A stretch of DNA of 64,000 nt from an uncultured delta proteobacterium (GTDB lineage Bacteria > Myxococcota > Myxococcia > Myxococcales > Myxococcaceae). Location: contig CAVQKE010000003.1 of NCBI GenBank assembly GCA_963713045.1, positions 832,001-896,000 of the forward strand, written 5' to 3'. The position numbers were made by a program, and so were the translations under genes. Below are positions 59,043-64,000 of this stretch, in pieces; position 1 is the stretch's first letter; every line of letters starts with the position of its first letter. The notes below the pieces were generated by a model. That model was not told where the DNA came from and ran no database searches. It saw only the letters and a program-made list of their open reading frames with translations.

Positions 59043-59840
59043 TCACGTAATGGGGGGGCAATTCACGGGGCCCCCATCGGCTCCCACGCCGGTGCAGATG
59101 CAGTACTGAATGTCCCGACCCGGAACGTTGCAACTGGTCATCTCAGAGACACTCCCCACCGGACAACCGAGGCTATCCCTCGGAGAAGGAGGAATGCCGT
59201 AGAAGAGATACACCGGGTAGGTAACGGAGTTGGTCGCCGCTGCCCCACCGCCCACCAGCGTTCCTGCCAAATCGAACGTCACCAGCAGAGTGTAGGAGAT
59301 GGGCGCTTGGGCTTGAATGGCCGCCTGCTGAACGGTTGAATACAGAGTCTGGGCCGCTTCGGGAGTCATCAAGTAAACGCCCACGGAGTTGGTGGAGAAT
59401 GTTGCGCCGGGGGTAATTGCGGCCGAGATGTTGATGGTACCAGGCGGCGGAGCCGTTGCCGTGGGACACGTTTGAAGCCCGCACTTAGTTGACGGGCCCA
59501 CGACTTGGTACGAAAGGTCGATGCGGCTAGCGATGAAGGTGTTGGGCGTCTCCGCGGTGATGTTGGAGTTCCCGTAGGTGACGGAGATGTTCTCCAGGTC
59601 GTTTTGCCAACTGTACACCTGATAGTAGCTGCTGTTGGTCCCATACACCGACATGTCGACGGCGCCATTCTCGACGTACATGGTGGGGTCGGTGAAGTTG
59701 CACGACGTCCCTGGCGCGCGCGCTTCGGCGACGATGATGGATTGGTTGGCTGGCGCGGTGCAGCTCTCCAACAACAGAGGCACGGCAAGCAGGATGAAAA
59801 CCAGCAAATCTCGGGACTTCATCGTCATTCCTCGGCTCAT
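59043..59840 (-). CDS. Cys-rich hypothetical lipoprotein coupled to pilQ
   Basis: LLLESC lipobox-like motif; seven further Cys; ATGA overlap with the pilQ stop. Confidence 0.75.
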   Translation of the reverse strand: MSRGMTMKSRDLLVFILLAVPLLLESCTAPANQSIIVAEARAPGTSCNFTDPTMYVENGAVDMSVYGTNSSYYQVYSWQNDLENISVTYGNSNITAETPNTFIASRIDLSYQVVGPSTKCGLQTCPTATAPPPGTINISAAITPGATFSTNSVGVYLMTPEAAQTLYSTVQQAAIQAQAPISYTLLVTFDLAGTLVGGGAAATNSVTYPVYLFYGIPPSPRDSLGCPVGSVSEMTSCNVPGRDIQYCICTGVGADGGPVNCPPIT

Positions 59841-62557
59841 GGGGATGCCGCCGCAACGGGCTTGGTGTTCAATCCCAGGATTCGCGGCGTGATGAAAATC
59901 AGCAGCTCCTGGCGGGTCTCAGTGTTGTTGGTGTGTTTGAAGAAGAAACCCAAGAAAGGAATGCTCCCCAGGAAGGGGACACTGTCCTCCTCGCTTGAGG
60001 TGGTCCGCACGTAAATGCCGCCGATGACGGTGGTGTCGCCATCCTTGACCAGCACCTGGGTGATGGCTTCCTTCTTGTCGATGGCAGGCTGGCCGTTGGC
60101 GCCGGTCAGTGACGGGTCCGGTTGGTTGTTGGTGGCGTGAACCAACATCAAGACGCTCCCGTCAGACGTTATGTGGGGCGTGACCTCCAAAGAGAGTTGT
60201 GCGTCGACGAAGACGGTGTTCACACCTTGTGCAGACACTTGGCTGAACGGAATGGAGAGGCCCTGCGTGATTTTGGCCGTCGCGTTGTGCACCGTCGTGA
60301 CTTTCGGAGAGCTGATGGTGCGGATGACGCCTTTGGTCTCCAGCGCCGACAGGCGAAGGTTCAGCTGAAAGGCACCATTCACCGAGCCAAAGGTCATGCC
60401 GATGGCACCACCGGACCCGGCGCCGACGGCGGCGGGCAAGTTCACGGCGAAATTTGGCGTTGAGGAAACACCTTGGGTGGGCGCCGTCCCGGCCGCCACG
60501 CCGCCTGAAATCGCGTAATTGTTGGGGAACACCAACCCAGTGGAGTTGTTCGTGCCCGCGGCCTGCTGGATTTGGCCACCCCACTGGACGCCAATCTCGC
60601 GGACGAAGTTGGTGTTCGCTTCGACGATGCGTGACTCGATGAGAACTTGCGGAGTCACCGTGTCGAGGTGCTCCACCAGTCCCCGTGCTCGGGAAATGTT
60701 GGAGGTGATGTCTTTCACAACAATGGAGTTGGTTCGGACGTCGACGATGGCCGTCCCACGCTCCGAGAGAACATCCTTCACCTTATTGAGAAGGTCAGTG
60801 GCGACCGCGTAGTTGACGGGGAGGATTTGCACCACCAACTCCTCCTGGCGCCGCTGGGACTTCTTGCGCTCCTCCCGACTCCGCGATTCCTCCTCCAGTG
60901 TCTTCAAGGGGGCCACTCGGATGACGTTGCCGATGATTTCCTTTCCCAGCCCCTTGCTGGCCAGGATGATGTCCAGCGCTTCGTCCCAGGGGACGTTGCG
61001 CAAGCGGATGGTGACAGTTCCCTTCACGTCATCGGCGACAACAATATTCAGCTTGCTGACCTCCGAGATGATGCGGAGCAAGTTGTGAATGTCGATGTCC
61101 TTGAATTCGAAGGAAACTCGCTTCCCGGTGTACTGGGCCCGTCCCGGGGCGCCCTGCGCCGCATAGGAATTCGCCTCGGTGGTAAAGCCCGCGGTGCGGT
61201 CCATCACCGCGACTTCTTCCACCTCGGCACCCTTCGCGGTGAGGTGCCACGAGAGCCCTTTGGGCGTGCGTTCCAGCTTTTCCGTCAAGGGCTGGTCGCC
61301 GGCCACGACCACCCGCACTTGGTTGGCGTCGCCAGGCACGGCGAAGGTGCTAATCATCTTCACCGGTGTACTGAGCGCACTGGTGTCCAGACTTCGCTCC
61401 AGGCGGCGGGGAAGCCTGGCTCCGGTCAGCGTGAGCACCGCACCGTTGGGCTCCGGGCGGTCAATCGTCCATGAAACCTCTCCGGTGAGTTTAATGTCCA
61501 CGACGCCGCCGCTCGGCGCCTCAGCGAAGGATAGGTCCTGCACCTCACCGGTCGGGGTCGAGGAGTGGGGGGCTGCTGGGGCAACCGCAGGGGGTTGCGC
61601 CACCGCCACCTGCTTGCCGTCGATTTCGATTTCGCCGTCGTGCAACTCGTGGGTGGAGGCCTGGGCCGCCGGGGAGGCCGCCGGCGCGCCACCCAAGGTC
61701 CAGACCAAACCCTTGGCGGTCCAGGTGACGGCGTGCCTCGGCATGGCACCATCCACATCCAGAACCAGTCGGACCTTGTCCGAATGGGCGCCAGCCCGCA
61801 GCGAGGCGAACGGCGATGGACGCGGGCTGGGTAGCTTGCCGGTCAAGGTCACCCCGTAGATGTCCAGCGCCAAGCGGGGTGGCGCTGCGAGCTCGAGCAC
61901 CTCGAAGCGGCTCAACGGTCCGTCGGCGACAACCTCCAGCCGGTTGAGCGCGAGGTGAATCTGAGTGAGGTGACGAGCCGGGTGCTTGACGTCACGCTGC
62001 GCATGCTCGGCAAGCACCGGCTCTGCGGAGGTCGCTGACGGGGCCGGCGAGGAAACCGCAGGGGTAGACAGAGCGGACGCGGCCCCCGCGGCAGCGCCTG
62101 GGGCGGCCGGCACAGCGGTCGAGACGGCCGCCGGGGACGGTGCAGCTGCATCGCCGGCTTGGACCAGAATGAGGACTTGGTTCCCGTCGGCGTGCACGTC
62201 GTAGGAACCGGCTTGCTTCAAGCTCACCAACAGCCTCGCGACATTCCCGTGCTCGTCGGAGAACTGGGAGATGACGACGCCGTTGATTGGACCGACGCCG
62301 TCGCGGACGCCCTTCACTGCTGTGGCGTCGGCGGAGGTGACGTCCACCACCAACCGGTCTGGGCCAGGCAAGCGGAAGACCGTAAAGATGGGGGCTCGGC
62401 TCCCTGTCACCATCACCTGCGCACCGGTGGGCGTGGTCGAGACCTTCACCTCCGTTAGCGCGTTGAGCTCTGTGGCGAAAGCGCCGTGGGCGAGCAACCA
62501 CCAGCCGGCGCCCGCCAGCACTTTTAGCCCTTTCGACATGACGCGCGTGTTGCGCAT
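59837..62557 (-). CDS. pilQ: Type IV pilus secretin PilQ
   Basis: Three AMIN-like domains, YTGKRVSFEF, NVPWDEAL, QVLIESRIVE, ELLIFITPRI. Confidence 0.96.
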   Translation of the reverse strand: MRNTRVMSKGLKVLAGAGWWLLAHGAFATELNALTEVKVSTTPTGAQVMVTGSRAPIFTVFRLPGPDRLVVDVTSADATAVKGVRDGVGPINGVVISQFSDEHGNVARLLVSLKQAGSYDVHADGNQVLILVQAGDAAAPSPAAVSTAVPAAPGAAAGAASALSTPAVSSPAPSATSAEPVLAEHAQRDVKHPARHLTQIHLALNRLEVVADGPLSRFEVLELAAPPRLALDIYGVTLTGKLPSPRPSPFASLRAGAHSDKVRLVLDVDGAMPRHAVTWTAKGLVWTLGGAPAASPAAQASTHELHDGEIEIDGKQVAVAQPPAVAPAAPHSSTPTGEVQDLSFAEAPSGGVVDIKLTGEVSWTIDRPEPNGAVLTLTGARLPRRLERSLDTSALSTPVKMISTFAVPGDANQVRVVVAGDQPLTEKLERTPKGLSWHLTAKGAEVEEVAVMDRTAGFTTEANSYAAQGAPGRAQYTGKRVSFEFKDIDIHNLLRIISEVSKLNIVVADDVKGTVTIRLRNVPWDEALDIILASKGLGKEIIGNVIRVAPLKTLEEESRSREERKKSQRRQEELVVQILPVNYAVATDLLNKVKDVLSERGTAIVDVRTNSIVVKDITSNISRARGLVEHLDTVTPQVLIESRIVEANTNFVREIGVQWGGQIQQAAGTNNSTGLVFPNNYAISGGVAAGTAPTQGVSSTPNFAVNLPAAVGAGSGGAIGMTFGSVNGAFQLNLRLSALETKGVIRTISSPKVTTVHNATAKITQGLSIPFSQVSAQGVNTVFVDAQLSLEVTPHITSDGSVLMLVHATNNQPDPSLTGANGQPAIDKKEAITQVLVKDGDTTVIGGIYVRTTSSEEDSVPFLGSIPFLGFFFKHTNNTETRQELLIFITPRILGLNTKPVAAASP

Positions 62558-62605
62558 GATTTTCCTCGACGTGCTGCTTCAGGTGGGCCGTCGCCAGACG
62601 GCCCG

Positions 62606-63157
62606 CTAGTAGGTCTTTCCCGTGGAGAGATCGAGCTCCGGCGGAGCCTGGCGGTCCGCCTTGATGGCAAGCGTCAATTGGTTTGCGTTGGACTTCCCGT
62701 CCGGGGACGTAAAGAATTCGGTGATGATGACCGAGTCCCGGAGGATTTGGGTCACCTTGCCGCCCTGGCGGCCGATGCGCGTGTTGCGATGTAGGATATA
62801 GCCGCGCCCTTGCGGGTCCTGAACCATGGCCACCGGATTGCTGTCGCCGGACACGACGGCCACCAGCGTCAGCTGATCCAAATCAAACTTGCACAACGGT
62901 TCGTTGCAGGCCGAGTTGCCCAACACCGAGGCCCTTGTCAGGTCGAGGTCCGGGCTTCGAAACGGGTCGCGCTTCCCGATGGGGTTGTAGACGTAGGACG
63001 GACCGGCTGCAGTCGCGGCTGGGGCCGCAGGAGGCGCCGCCTTTGGCGGCTGGGCTGCCTTGGCGGCGCTTGCCGCAGGCTGGCCACCTCCGCAAGCGGC
63101 GAGCACGCTGCCGCCAACTGCGGCCATCAGCCCAAGTCTGGCAAACCGCCGCGTCAC
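62606..63157 (-). CDS. pilP: Type IV pilus lipoprotein PilP
   Basis: VLAAC lipobox; YNPIGKRDPF; FDLDQLTLVAVV; GRQGGKV. Confidence 0.93.
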   Translation of the reverse strand: MTRRFARLGLMAAVGGSVLAACGGGQPAASAAKAAQPPKAAPPAAPAATAAGPSYVYNPIGKRDPFRSPDLDLTRASVLGNSACNEPLCKFDLDQLTLVAVVSGDSNPVAMVQDPQGRGYILHRNTRIGRQGGKVTQILRDSVIITEFFTSPDGKSNANQLTLAIKADRQAPPELDLSTGKTY

Positions 63158-63774
63158 TGGATTGCCTTCTTCTTTCCGGCCTTAGCGTCCGCTGCCTTGG
63201 CGGCGTTGGCATCGAGGAAACGAAAGGCGGTGGCGATGAAGTCAGCGCTGAGGACCACCTTTTCCGAGCGAACCTGGGGCGAGGTCAGGCGGATGTTGTT
63301 GACGTTGACGATGCGGCGCATGTTGGCAACTTCCTGGAGGAACAGCGCCACTTCGTTGTAATTGCCGGTGACGGACATCCGGATGGGAATTTTGACGTAG
63401 ATTTGAGCGGGCTGCTCCGTCGTCGGCTCGACGGTGGCAATCTCCAGTCCGCTCTTGCGGCCCACGTCATTGAGGCTGGCCAACAGTCCGTCGACATCGG
63501 CGTCCTCGGGGAGCTCGGAGAGGGCCTCGTCCAGCTTCTGCTGAAGGACGTCCATCTCCCGGCGCCGTTCATTTAGGTTCTGAGCAATCTCCGACTTCTC
63601 CTGGAGCTGAGAGTCCAGAGCACGCTGCCGAGCTTGCTCACTGGTGATGGTGCTCTCCACCGGGCTGACGAAGAACAGGAAATTTGCCAGGGTCAGCAGC
63701 ACCAGGGCCGCAGCCAACCCTCCCCACCGGTAGAGCGGAGGCGCTTTGAGCAGCGTGTCAATCAACTCGTCCAT
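63154..63774 (-). CDS. pilO: Type IV pilus inner membrane protein PilO
   Basis: TM plus coiled coil; ELP...GL, GNYNEVALF..VANMRRIV, AFRF. Confidence 0.93.
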   Translation of the reverse strand: MDELIDTLLKAPPLYRWGGLAAALVLLTLANFLFFVSPVESTITSEQARQRALDSQLQEKSEIAQNLNERRREMDVLQQKLDEALSELPEDADVDGLLASLNDVGRKSGLEIATVEPTTEQPAQIYVKIPIRMSVTGNYNEVALFLQEVANMRRIVNVNNIRLTSPQVRSEKVVLSADFIATAFRFLDANAAKAADAKAGKKKAIQ

Positions 63775-63775
63775 G

Positions 63776-64000
63776 CTAGATGGTGTAGTTGGAAGTGAGA
63801 TTGAGTTCGAAATCCACGAGCTTGGTCGCTCCGGACGTGTCTTTGACTTCTTTCTGCTCGGCCTTCTTCAGGTTGATGTTGGTGAAGAAGTTGGAAACAT
63901 CCTTGGAGGGGAAGTCCTCAATCGCCCCTTCGGCCGCAAGCAGCTCGACGCGAGAAGTTTGGCTGTCCCGCTTTTGGTCCACCAGCCGCCCCATGCCCTT
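63776..64000 (-). CDS. pilN: Type IV pilus protein PilN, C-terminal part (runs off the window)
   Basis: Open frame ending FFTNINLKKAEQ...VDFELNLTSNYTI, 1 nt before pilO. Confidence 0.85.
   Translation of the reverse strand, partial: KGMGRLVDQKRDSQTSRVELLAAEGAIEDFPSKDVSNFFTNINLKKAEQKEVKDTSGATKLVDFELNLTSNYTI

Overview
High-GC, densely coding chromosomal segment from a myxobacterium (Myxococcales/Cystobacterineae-like). From memory, the gene order closely follows the Myxococcus xanthus region leading into the type IV pilus cluster. Left to right: partial phosphohexomutase, deoC, a Zn-ribbon/GYF/AgmX-type membrane protein, a FYDLN protein, NUDIX, Zn-ribbon protein-rnhA-rnpB (RNase P RNA), ftsY, M1 peptidase, GT2 glycosyltransferase, ctpA, ftsEX-envC, glutathione peroxidase, mobA/SPFH/fdhD, murI, tolQRAB-fhs-GNAT-aminotransferase, a low-GC lipoprotein islet, ppx-MFS plus a five-gene type III PKS cluster (PKS, methyltransferase, ACP, fatty acyl-AMP ligase, FAD enzyme), a Tat amidase, tamAB, an ExeA-like ATPase, sgmX, accCB, efp, mglC, a lipoprotein and pilQPON (pilN partial). 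I found no transposase, integrase, tRNA, rRNA or CRISPR array, and I cannot claim a clearly new multi-gene system. The best leads are a multi-branch structured intergenic element with alternative poly-G pairings (about 9851-9984), a probably foreign low-GC surface lipoprotein islet with a structured C-rich downstream spacer (32642-34786), the ppx/spinster-MFS/type III PKS arrangement, and several uncharacterised lipoproteins tied to Tol and PilQ. Start codons were adjusted by eye from the ORF track. All family calls come from motif recognition, not database searches.
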